From Bacteriovoracaceae bacterium (GTDB lineage Bacteria > Bdellovibrionota > Bacteriovoracia > Bacteriovoracales > Bacteriovoracaceae): a stretch of 33,177 nucleotides of DNA. Of the stretch, positions 1 to 7,892 are shown one piece after another. The notes beneath the pieces are model-generated. The model ran no database searches and was not told the DNA's origin. It saw only the letters and a program-made list of their open reading frames with translations. The stretch is taken from positions 1-33,177 of the forward strand of contig JBFGZE010000026.1 of assembly GCA_041586955.1 (NCBI GenBank), in the 5' to 3' direction. Position numbers and translations under genes: made by a program. How positions within the stretch are numbered: the first letter of the stretch is position 1; the number at the start of each line of letters is the position of its first letter.

Positions 1-30
1 AGCTAAAATAATTGATAGGAACAGGTTGGA

Positions 31-459
31 ATGATGAAGAATATCTCCAAAGTGCATAACCCATTAGAACAAAGACCTTATCGCTTTAAGAATCCGTCAA
101 TGGAGTTTTATTGCCCTCTTTGTCGCACTGAACGCGCTTTTGCTGGGAAACCTGGGTTATCCAAAAATAATGTATTGCAAATTGCGATGCTCACTTTGGT
201 AACAACTCTTTGTGCCTATCCTTGGGCCGATTGGCGCGGGATTTTTTCAATCTTTTTCTATTGGGCGTGTTTTGAAATTAGCGTGCGGGCGTTGTTTCGT
301 AAGGAGATTCCTTGTCCCCATTGTGGCTTTGATGCCTCTTGGTATAAGCGCGATGTTAAAGTGGCCCGTCGGCTTGTGATGGAATTTTGGGAAAATAAAA
401 ATCCTACAATTAAGGAAGAAGTTGTCATTGATGACGAGATGCAGAAAGAAAATAATTAA
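31..459 (+). CDS. Hypothetical membrane protein with two CxxC motifs flanking a two-helix hydrophobic hairpin
   Basis: ORF with CPLC, then two hydrophobic segments (VLQIAMLTLVTTLCAY; GIFSIFFYWACFEISV), then CPHC and an acidic tail. Confidence 0.75.
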   Translation: MMKNISKVHNPLEQRPYRFKNPSMEFYCPLCRTERAFAGKPGLSKNNVLQIAMLTLVTTLCAYPWADWRGIFSIFFYWACFEISVRALFRKEIPCPHCGFDASWYKRDVKVARRLVMEFWENKNPTIKEEVVIDDEMQKENN

Positions 460-689
460 CACCCTTCTTATAAATTAATTTTCGTATCCTTATACTCACT
501 ATATATTATCAAGAATTTAACTTTTTAGTACTCGATCATTTTTAGCAATGATGGAAAAAGCAAGAAAGTTTAGCTTCTAAAAAAAGGATGAATTCGTTAT
601 GTTCTCAGACATTAAATTTTGGAATAAGTTTTAATCAGTGCTTCAAGGCTATTATCAATAAGGTTCCTTGGAGTAAGACGGAGGTATGA

Positions 690-1160
690 ATGAGTATTAA
701 TAAAGTAATTTTAATTGGTCGTTTAGGACAAGATCCTGAGCTTAAGTACACACCTTCCGGTGCAGCAGTTTGTAATTTTTCGTTGGCAACTAGTGAGTCT
801 TGGAATGATAAAGCTGGCCAAAAGCAGGAAAGAACAGAATGGCATCGTGTTGTCGTTTGGGGAAAGCTGGCCGAATTATGTAATCAATATTTGGCAAAAG
901 GGCGTCAATGCTTCGTTGAAGGTAGTTTGCAGACTCGTTCTTGGGATGGCCAAGATGGTCAAAAGCGCTACACAACAGAAATTAACGCTCGCAATATTCA
1001 GTTTTTAGGTGGCCAGGCTCAGGCTGGTGGACCGCGTCAGGCGCAGAATGCTAATTCATATCAGCAAGGCCCAGCACCAGCTGGTGGCGATAATATGATG
1101 GATCAGAACTATGATGTCTCGACAGACTCTAATTTTACAGCTGATGACATCCCATTTTAG
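690..1160 (+). CDS. ssb: Single-stranded DNA-binding protein
   Basis: [21 protein letters not shown] and [12 protein letters not shown]-fold motifs, a Gly/Gln linker and a DDIPF acidic tip. SD GGAGGT at 680-685. Confidence 0.98.
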   Translation: MSINKVILIGRLGQDPELKYTPSGAAVCNFSLATSESWNDKAGQKQERTEWHRVVVWGKLAELCNQYLAKGRQCFVEGSLQTRSWDGQDGQKRYTTEINARNIQFLGGQAQAGGPRQAQNANSYQQGPAPAGGDNMMDQNYDVSTDSNFTADDIPF

Positions 1161-1234
1161 AAAAATAAGTTTTATTGGGCAAAAAAGATAAGACAAAAAC
1201 AGATTTTTCCTTTATAGCTAAATAGAATTTATTT

Positions 1235-1261
1235 CCCCCTCTCCTCATGAGGGGGCTTTTT
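1235..1261 (+). terminator. Intrinsic terminator after ssb
   Basis: Stem CCCCCTC/GAGGGGG with a 7-nt loop, followed by CTTTTT. Confidence 0.8.
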
Positions 1262-1316
1262 AGTTACAATTCCTCTTGACCTTACGGATGATATTAAGAG
1301 CTTTCGGGGAAAAATT

Positions 1317-2897
1317 ATGGAAAAAGTTCTTTTAATAGATGCTGACTCAAAAGAGGCCAAAATATTTCTTGGGGCCACTGTTAAGCACTACAAGACCTAT
1401 CATGCGAAGCGTTTACGAGACGCGATCAATATCTTAGAATCTGAAAAAATTGATATTATTTTTCTCGATTTATTTCTTGAGGGCGTAAGCTCTGTAGAGT
1501 TATTAGAATACTTTCGCCAAAATTTTGAATATGTGCCGATAATAATCCTTTCAAGCTTTGCTGACGAAACTCTCTTTAGACAAGTGAGTTCGGAAAATAT
1601 TTTATCCTATATCGTGAAAGGTGACCTGAACTATAAATCACTTCATCGCATTATTCGCTATAATTTACAAAAATGGGCGTTTATGTGTGAACGCAAGTCT
1701 AAGCTCAAGCAAACACTAGAGGCAGAGCAAAGAAAAATTTTAGGAAACCTCGTTCTCGGACTTTCTCGCCGCCAGGGAGATCGCCATGGCGCTATACGAT
1801 CGGCGATACGTAAGGTTAAAGGACTGACAGATGATAAGATGGTCAATAATTACATGGACCAGGTGATGGATGATCTATCTAAGTCTGACTCTGATATGGA
1901 TCATCTTCTGTCTTATGCCCAAACGAAAAAGATGGAAATGGAAAATATATCACTTTGCCAATTGGTCAAAGATGTTTTTGGCAAGCTCGATAATCTCACC
2001 CATCAGGACGTCGAGGTTAATTGTCATTTTGAAAATGTTGATGATGTTTTGGTTCATGGGAATGGCCAATTTTTACGTCATATCTTTATGAATCTAATAC
2101 TTAAAATTTTGGAGAAAAAAAAGAGTAGTTTTTTGATTAAAGTTAATATTCAAAAGGCCCTCGATAATGAAATTCTTGCGATGGGGAAAGGTGCGCCATT
2201 GATGGGAGAAATTCCTGATTATGCTAAAATACAATTACAATTTCATTATGAAGATGAGCTCGGAAAGTTATTTAGAAAATACGAAAAAGAAAAAACCTGT
2301 GATGAAGAGCTTTTTCTTGATGAAGAAGGACTGGAGATTTTAGAGACTTTTGGTCTTCTAAGACAAATGGATAGTGACTTTAAAATAGAAAATAAAGAAG
2401 AAGAGGATCATATCCTGCTCAATATTTTTTTATTAATTAAAGAATTCGGCCAAGATGTTGAAAAGGAAAAATTAAGAATTGAAGATTTAAAACTGGTGGA
2501 AGAACCCGCTGGAGAAAAGAAAGTGAAAAGAATATTAGTCGCAGAAGATGACCCCATCTTAAGAGAGATTCTTTGCACAACATTTGAAGAATTTGGTTTT
2601 AGAACTTTTGAGGCGTCAAATGGGCGAAAGGCCTACGATATTTATTTGCAAAACCCTTCTGCGATTGACTTGGCCGTGATCGATGGAGTGATGCCTGAAA
2701 TGGATGGAATTGAATTAACAAAAAAGATTTTTAAAATTAATCCACAACAATTCATTATTTTTAATACTGGTTATAGCGATTATGAGTCACTCAATGTTTA
2801 TCGTGGTTTGCCAAACTTTATTTTTCTTAAGAAACCTTATTCAATTAAAGAGCTCTTAGCTAAAATCCAAGACTACCGCATAGAAAACGAAGCTTAA
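1317..2897 (+). CDS. Hybrid signalling protein: receiver - degenerate histidine-kinase-like core - receiver
   Basis: N-terminal REC (VLLID, IIFLDLFL, IVKG) and C-terminal REC (VAEDD, VIDGVMPEMDG, NTGYS, LKKP). The middle resembles HisKA/HATPase but lacks canonical motifs. Confidence 0.8.
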   Translation: MEKVLLIDADSKEAKIFLGATVKHYKTYHAKRLRDAINILESEKIDIIFLDLFLEGVSSVELLEYFRQNFEYVPIIILSSFADETLFRQVSSENILSYIVKGDLNYKSLHRIIRYNLQKWAFMCERKSKLKQTLEAEQRKILGNLVLGLSRRQGDRHGAIRSAIRKVKGLTDDKMVNNYMDQVMDDLSKSDSDMDHLLSYAQTKKMEMENISLCQLVKDVFGKLDNLTHQDVEVNCHFENVDDVLVHGNGQFLRHIFMNLILKILEKKKSSFLIKVNIQKALDNEILAMGKGAPLMGEIPDYAKIQLQFHYEDELGKLFRKYEKEKTCDEELFLDEEGLEILETFGLLRQMDSDFKIENKEEEDHILLNIFLLIKEFGQDVEKEKLRIEDLKLVEEPAGEKKVKRILVAEDDPILREILCTTFEEFGFRTFEASNGRKAYDIYLQNPSAIDLAVIDGVMPEMDGIELTKKIFKINPQQFIIFNTGYSDYESLNVYRGLPNFIFLKKPYSIKELLAKIQDYRIENEA

Positions 2898-3042
2898 TCG
2901 AATGGTTCATTGTTTACTTCATACTTGGGCCTGTGTTAAGCCGTTTCTTTACAGTGGTGTACATTGGTAGGTCATACTCATTTTATTGCCTCTCCAGAAT
3001 CTTTGGCAAAGAATGAACCGTTACCTTGAAACTGTTGTGGTG

Positions 3043-3816
3043 TTATTCATTAGTGATGTGGCCATAGTTGAGTAGGCCAACGAAAACAACGCCACCGATC
3101 AGGTTTCCGATAATACAGACGAAGAGGATTAAGAGCTGTAGAGGGATGTTGACAACTCCTTGGGATAATAAGTAAGTGAAAATTTCAGCGCTATACATAA
3201 TGCTATGATGGAGGCCACCGACGCCAATAAGAAAAGTCGTGAGGTAGATAATAATAATTTTAAAAACGCTTGAATCGTGAGTGCTACAAACCCATCCTCC
3301 ATGCGCCATTAGCCAGCCTGCGAGAATAGAACTGAGAAAAGATTTTTTGAGATAGGGCCATTCTGCAGGACTTATAATTTGGGCATACCCTGGGACCGCT
3401 TGGATGACATCATTGGCACTAATGATCATGAGGGAACTTAAATAAGTTCCCAAAAGGTTTCCTAGTAAAATAAGGGTCCAAATTCGTACCAATTGAGTGA
3501 AAGTAATTTTTTTATCAATATAAGGAAAAAACGCCATGGCGGTCATTTCTGTGTAAAGGTGTGAATTGCTTAATAAGCACAGAATGAATCCAATTGGATA
3601 AATAATAGAAAGATATAGTCTCCTTTCAAGGGGAGAGGGGACATCAGAATAGATAATGGCAAATAAGGCAATGGCCATACTGGCGACGCCAATAATAAGA
3701 CCAGAATTTAGAGAGGATAAGAATATCGGGTAAGCACCTTTTTTTGAAAGAAGTTTACCTTTTTTAATCACATCACTTAATGTCTTAAATAATCGGGGTG
3801 AGTGGTGTCCATCCAT
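3043..3816 (-). CDS. Formate/nitrite transporter (FNT) family channel, YfdC-like
   Basis: About six hydrophobic segments, YPIGF, HLYTEMT (LFT-E/G-N motif), LLGNLLG, LAGWLMA, GLHHSI, GNLIGG. Start reset to ATG 3816 behind SD GAGGAG at 3823-3828; the longer ORF call overlaps the LysR gene. Confidence 0.88.
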   Translation of the reverse strand: MDGHHSPRLFKTLSDVIKKGKLLSKKGAYPIFLSSLNSGLIIGVASMAIALFAIIYSDVPSPLERRLYLSIIYPIGFILCLLSNSHLYTEMTAMAFFPYIDKKITFTQLVRIWTLILLGNLLGTYLSSLMIISANDVIQAVPGYAQIISPAEWPYLKKSFLSSILAGWLMAHGGWVCSTHDSSVFKIIIIYLTTFLIGVGGLHHSIMYSAEIFTYLLSQGVVNIPLQLLILFVCIIGNLIGGVVFVGLLNYGHITNE

Positions 3817-3829
3817 TAAGGGCTCCTCA

Positions 3830-4696
3830 TTAACTTTTAAATTTATAAGATTCAAGTGGGATAAATTTGGCCTTATCTGGGGTGATCGTGCAATAGACTT
3901 CAAATTGTCCTGCATTGTCTTTGCTAATAGGAGTTAGATAGCCCGCTTCAATATCTTTTTCGATAAAGGCGAGTGGTAGAAAACCAATCCCTTGATTTTT
4001 TTCAACTAATAACTTTGCCATATCAACATCATTAACTTCTAAAGAATGTTCTAACTTAATGAGTTTGTTGCCGATAACGTTATTAAGTGCCTTGGATATG
4101 GCATTTTCATAGTTGAATTGGATAACAGGGGCCTTCTCAAGAGAAAAAGGATAGTTTTCGTCGAGGTGATTATAAAGAATCCCTGCAACTGGAACGATTG
4201 GAGTGCTAAGAATTACTTTTTGAGAGACGTTTCTCTCCGTTTTAAAGGCATAGTCGGTTAAAGCAAGGTCAATCTCACCATGCTTAAATTTTTCTTTGAT
4301 TTCATTATAAGAAAGCCTCTCAATACTGATCGTAAACTGCTTTGAGAGCTTCAGGTTTTTCACAAAGTCTGTCGCCATATCAGTAGAGATCATTGGGGTG
4401 ATGCCAATTTTCAAGAGACGGGTTGTAGGGTGATGACCTTGGTTAAGAAATCTTAACATCTCTTCAGAGATACGAAAAATACGATTAGCATACTCAAGAA
4501 TAATTTTACCATTATCATTGATGAAGAGCCTTTTTCCTTTGCGATCAAAAAGTTTGAGGCCCAAAGTGTCCTCTAGCACCTTTAATTGGGAGCTTAAGGT
4601 TGGTTGAGTAATATGTAATTTTTCTGCGGCCTTCTTTATACTGCCTTCTTTTGCAATAGCGTAGAAGTGAAATAATTGGTTATAGTTAATATTCAT
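3830..4696 (-). CDS. LysR-family transcriptional regulator, NhaR-like
   Basis: NYNQLFHFYAIAKEGSIKKAAEKLHITQPTLSSQLKVLE winged-HTH, LFDRKG, and a C-terminal effector domain. Confidence 0.93.
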   Translation of the reverse strand: MNINYNQLFHFYAIAKEGSIKKAAEKLHITQPTLSSQLKVLEDTLGLKLFDRKGKRLFINDNGKIILEYANRIFRISEEMLRFLNQGHHPTTRLLKIGITPMISTDMATDFVKNLKLSKQFTISIERLSYNEIKEKFKHGEIDLALTDYAFKTERNVSQKVILSTPIVPVAGILYNHLDENYPFSLEKAPVIQFNYENAISKALNNVIGNKLIKLEHSLEVNDVDMAKLLVEKNQGIGFLPLAFIEKDIEAGYLTPISKDNAGQFEVYCTITPDKAKFIPLESYKFKS

Positions 4697-4712
4697 TTTC
4701 GTCCCGCGCTTA

Positions 4713-4725
4713 TAGAAAAGACCTA
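4713..4725. promoter_or_regulatory. Candidate LysR recognition site (T-N11-A)
   Basis: TAG-N7-CTA dyad in the 110-bp divergent intergenic region, close to the LysR start codon. Confidence 0.5.
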
Positions 4726-4806
4726 AGTTGCATATAAGTAAATTAATAATTCAATAGTTGTCAATAACTCATAATACTCTTTTCAGTAAAACAACAAGGA
4801 GTAGAA

Positions 4807-5226
4807 ATGGGCTTAACAAACACTAATTCGATTTTTGGCATCAATCAAAATCTTAGGACCGAAAGTGACTTTTGGATTGATTTGTATAATGGCACAAATG
4901 TAAAAACAAATACATTAAAAAAAATGGTTAACTATATGGTTAACGATAAGTTAGGGAAACATCTTGGGCGAGATGTCAGCCGAATCGAAGTGTGGTTTGC
5001 TGAAGAGGACAAAAATTTTAAGGAACAATTTATTTGCCGTTTTTCAATTTTAAGAAAAAGAGGAGCCGATCTCTTTGTTCACAAAAGAGGGAAAGACGTC
5101 CATCAGGCAATCTCGAAAACAACCAAGGCGATCCAAAATATTTTGAGTAAGGAAAGGGATCAAGCATTTCATGTAAGACAGGCACCAATTACAACTAATG
5201 CACCAATAGATGCAGCAACACTTTAA
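4807..5226 (+). CDS. HPF/RaiA (ribosome-associated, S30AE-fold) family-like protein
   Basis: Pattern fits beta-alpha-beta-beta-beta-alpha: FWIDLY / LKKMVNYMVNDKLGKHL / VSRIEVWF / FICRFSI / DLFVHKRG / DVHQAISKTTKAIQNIL. SD AAGGAG. Confidence 0.65.
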   Translation: MGLTNTNSIFGINQNLRTESDFWIDLYNGTNVKTNTLKKMVNYMVNDKLGKHLGRDVSRIEVWFAEEDKNFKEQFICRFSILRKRGADLFVHKRGKDVHQAISKTTKAIQNILSKERDQAFHVRQAPITTNAPIDAATL

Positions 5227-5261
5227 GAGCGACAATTCTTAATTCAAGGAGGGATTAAACC

Positions 5262-5783
5262 ATGAGTATGTTAAATATTGTTTCTTGCGATATGTTTAAA
5301 TATCAGCAGAAATCAGGTTACCTACAAGGGTTTATCTACGGAAAAAATGTGTATTCTTCACCAGTTAAAATTAATAAGGATGATTTAAGGGAAATCCTTT
5401 CAAACGGAAAGAGAGTGTTTCAAGCAAAGCTTAATAAAATGAGAACGATTATGGTAAGTATTGAAAATATTTATTTTAACCCACAAAATGAGAAGCCTGA
5501 ATATATTCTGCTTCATCAATTTGATGAAGGCGATGAAACAATTATCTCAGTGCCGGTCATCATTCAAGAGAATGGTCTTAAGGACGATAGATGGTTTTTC
5601 AAGCAATTTGTTAATGAGGTTTACTTGAGAACAAACTCCTCCTCTGTTCCTCGTAACTTGTATTATGATATTTCTCACTTTCACCCTGGAGAGGCCTTAT
5701 TTGTGAAGGACCTTAAAATACCAGAGAATTGCAAACCCATTCAAAGCGGTGATGTCGAGATTGGTGTTTGTAAGATGTATTAA
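5262..5783 (+). CDS. Divergent ribosomal protein bL25/CTC (TL5-like) paralog
   Basis: GFIYG, IYFNP, ISVPV, VPRNLYYDISHFHPGEALFVKDLKIPE match the two-domain CTC pattern (PAVIYG, QRHP, VPV, IPEFIEVDVS..GD.IHV.DL.LP). SD AAGGAGG. Confidence 0.78.
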   Translation: MSMLNIVSCDMFKYQQKSGYLQGFIYGKNVYSSPVKINKDDLREILSNGKRVFQAKLNKMRTIMVSIENIYFNPQNEKPEYILLHQFDEGDETIISVPVIIQENGLKDDRWFFKQFVNEVYLRTNSSSVPRNLYYDISHFHPGEALFVKDLKIPENCKPIQSGDVEIGVCKMY

Positions 5784-5817
5784 AGAAGTCATTAATAAAA
5801 CTTTTGAGGAGTGAAGT

Positions 5818-6576
5818 ATGAAAAATTCCATTACACGATTACCCTTCGAGTTATTGGTAATTATCTTTGTCGTTCTATTAATGAAAATGAGTTATGGAGC
5901 GACATTACATGATGATGGTTTTTCTATTGATAGAGTTTTTATTTCTGATGGATTTAGTACAGAAGATAAAGTTGAAGTCGTTGTGAAAGGGTATTTCGTG
6001 AACCATTGTTACAATGGTTTGGAAACGCAATTTAACTTTGATGATGAGATTATTAATATAAAGATGAAGGCCTTGGAGAGTCAAAAAATGGCCGAAGTGC
6101 AGAATTGTGCTGAAGCTATTTCCCCCTTTGTTGAAACGATTAATTTAGGCCAATTAGATCCTGGAAATTATGCGGTCCAAATTAATGGTAAAGATATTGA
6201 ACAAGGGATCCAGGTAATAGAGCTTCCTGAAAGGAGTTCCTCAGTGAAAGATCTTGCCGCAACAGTGCAATTGATGTCATTGGGGGATGTTAAGTGGATG
6301 GAGGGTCTAGGTGTTGGCATTGAGGTTTTAGGTTATAAGGTGGCCGAGTGTTATCGCATAGATGACTCGTTATTTTATAATGGACTTGATGCTATCACGA
6401 TTAATATGAAAATCGTTGGACAAAACGATTTTTGCCCGAGAAAGATGACGCCATTTAAAAAGGTGGTTCATTTTAACCCTCTCCTTCCTTTACTAGGAGA
6501 GGTTCTTATTACTCTGCGGCTAGATGGGCATATAATAGATAATTATATAGTCAACCTTTCTAGTCTGGAGTTATGA
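5818..6576 (+). CDS. Secreted hypothetical protein with two internally similar Cys-pair domains
   Basis: Signal peptide, then repeated V.V.GY...CY ... C.....PF motifs (VVVKGYFVNHCY..CAEAISPF; IEVLGYKVAECY..CPRKMTPF). SD GAGGAG. Confidence 0.75.
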   Translation: MKNSITRLPFELLVIIFVVLLMKMSYGATLHDDGFSIDRVFISDGFSTEDKVEVVVKGYFVNHCYNGLETQFNFDDEIINIKMKALESQKMAEVQNCAEAISPFVETINLGQLDPGNYAVQINGKDIEQGIQVIELPERSSSVKDLAATVQLMSLGDVKWMEGLGVGIEVLGYKVAECYRIDDSLFYNGLDAITINMKIVGQNDFCPRKMTPFKKVVHFNPLLPLLGEVLITLRLDGHIIDNYIVNLSSLEL

Positions 6577-6665
6577 GGTTGAGATTTATCAATGAAGTCG
6601 CAAGATACTGAAATTTATACACCTTGAACTTGAGGTACACTTGAGAGTAAATTTAAAAGGAAGAC

Positions 6666-6693
6666 TCAAATTTATCTTTTGAAATGCCGAAAA
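6666..6693 (+). promoter_or_regulatory. Sigma28 (FliA)-type promoter candidate for the HD-GYP gene
   Basis: TCAAA-N15-GCCGAAAA versus consensus TAAA-N15-GCCGATAA; 8 nt upstream of ATG 6702. Confidence 0.55.
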
Positions 6694-6701
6694 GGATAGG
6701 G

Positions 6702-7892
6702 ATGAAAAAGATAAGTCAGAGTTGTTATTTTTCCGTATCGAGCGACCTAGTTGTATTAAATGAGGCGCTTCCTTATGACCTTTACATTAATAGTTCCGGT
6801 AATTCTAAGAGGGAACGATTTGTTAAGGTTTTTCCAAGTGGTGATATTCTTGAACTAGAGGATGTTGCGACATTTAAAAAAAAATACCATCAATTATATA
6901 TCGCGGAGGCCCAGCGGTCGGCCTATTTAAAATCTCTCGTTAAAAATGAAAAAGCAGATCCTGTTGAAAAAACTCAGGTGATTAAAGATTCTGCAATTCA
7001 CTATCTCAATAAAGTTTTTGATAAAGATAAGGAGTTCACAACTGAAGTTTTAGGTGAGGCCATTGCGGGTTGCCATGACTCAGTGGAATGTATGCTCGAT
7101 GTGATCAATGATTATAACGTTGATGAAGTTCAAAACCTCATTGCCAGTTTAAGTTTTCATGATTTTTATACATTTGATCATTCGATTAATGTTTCCATGT
7201 ATAGTATGTCCATTTTTAAAGAAGTGAGCCCGAATGCTGATCGTAATGAAATAATTATGGCAGGATTAGGAGGACTACTCCATGACCTTGGAAAAATTAA
7301 AATTCCCACTCATATTATTAATAACTCCGGAAAATTATCAGATGAAGAATTTGGTGTTATTAAAAAGCACCCCGGGTTTGGCGGTGAATTATTAGATATG
7401 AATAAAATGGTTTTTGATGGTGTTAACTTTGCGACAGTAAGACGTGTGATTATGGAACACCATGAAAACTTCAATGGAACGGGCTATCCAAAAGGTCTTC
7501 AGGGTGAAGAGATTCATATTTTTGCCCGTGTGACAGCGATCGCGGACTTTTTTGATGCCATTACCACTAAAAGATCTTACCATGAGGCCCTTTCAATGGA
7601 AGACTCTATTGCTGTTATGGAAAAAACAGTAGGGAAGAAAATTGATCCTGAGATTTTTACCATCTTTAAAGATAATGTGGCACAAATTGCGGCCAAGAAA
7701 ATTAATAAAATGTTGCCGGAAGACTTTGACCCATGTCAGCCTCACGATAAATTACCCTTTAAACCAATCCCTATCAATTTTGATAAAAAAGATTCAGATA
7801 ATAAGCTGGCCGCTGGTGACAAAGAGAAGGAAGACTTTGGTAAGGTCAAGTCAGATGGCATTTTCGGTGATAATAAAAAAGAAGCGTCCTAA
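6702..7892 (+). CDS. HD-GYP domain cyclic-dinucleotide phosphodiesterase
   Basis: YTFDHS, LLHDLGK, KKHP, HHENFNGTGYP, AIADFFDAIT, KRSY. Start placed at the second Met; the ORF track starts at 6684. Confidence 0.92.
   Translation: MKKISQSCYFSVSSDLVVLNEALPYDLYINSSGNSKRERFVKVFPSGDILELEDVATFKKKYHQLYIAEAQRSAYLKSLVKNEKADPVEKTQVIKDSAIHYLNKVFDKDKEFTTEVLGEAIAGCHDSVECMLDVINDYNVDEVQNLIASLSFHDFYTFDHSINVSMYSMSIFKEVSPNADRNEIIMAGLGGLLHDLGKIKIPTHIINNSGKLSDEEFGVIKKHPGFGGELLDMNKMVFDGVNFATVRRVIMEHHENFNGTGYPKGLQGEEIHIFARVTAIADFFDAITTKRSYHEALSMEDSIAVMEKTVGKKIDPEIFTIFKDNVAQIAAKKINKMLPEDFDPCQPHDKLPFKPIPINFDKKDSDNKLAAGDKEKEDFGKVKSDGIFGDNKKEAS

Noticed and set aside
460..689. AT-rich 230-bp region before ssb with a possible leader hairpin (641-673)
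   Set aside because: No recognisable riboswitch, operator or repeat; the pairing is weak and plausible by chance.
1535..1542. GCCGATAA 8-mers inside coding regions (also 4070-4077 and 8037-8044)
   Set aside because: No suitably placed start codon and weak or absent -35 element; treated as background for the sigma28 motif.
3817..3915. N-terminal extensions in the ORF track (FNT; also tpiA to 10573, gap to 12929, J-HTH to 18556, manA from 20364)
   Set aside because: They overlap upstream genes or promoters, and better starts with SD sequences lie downstream.
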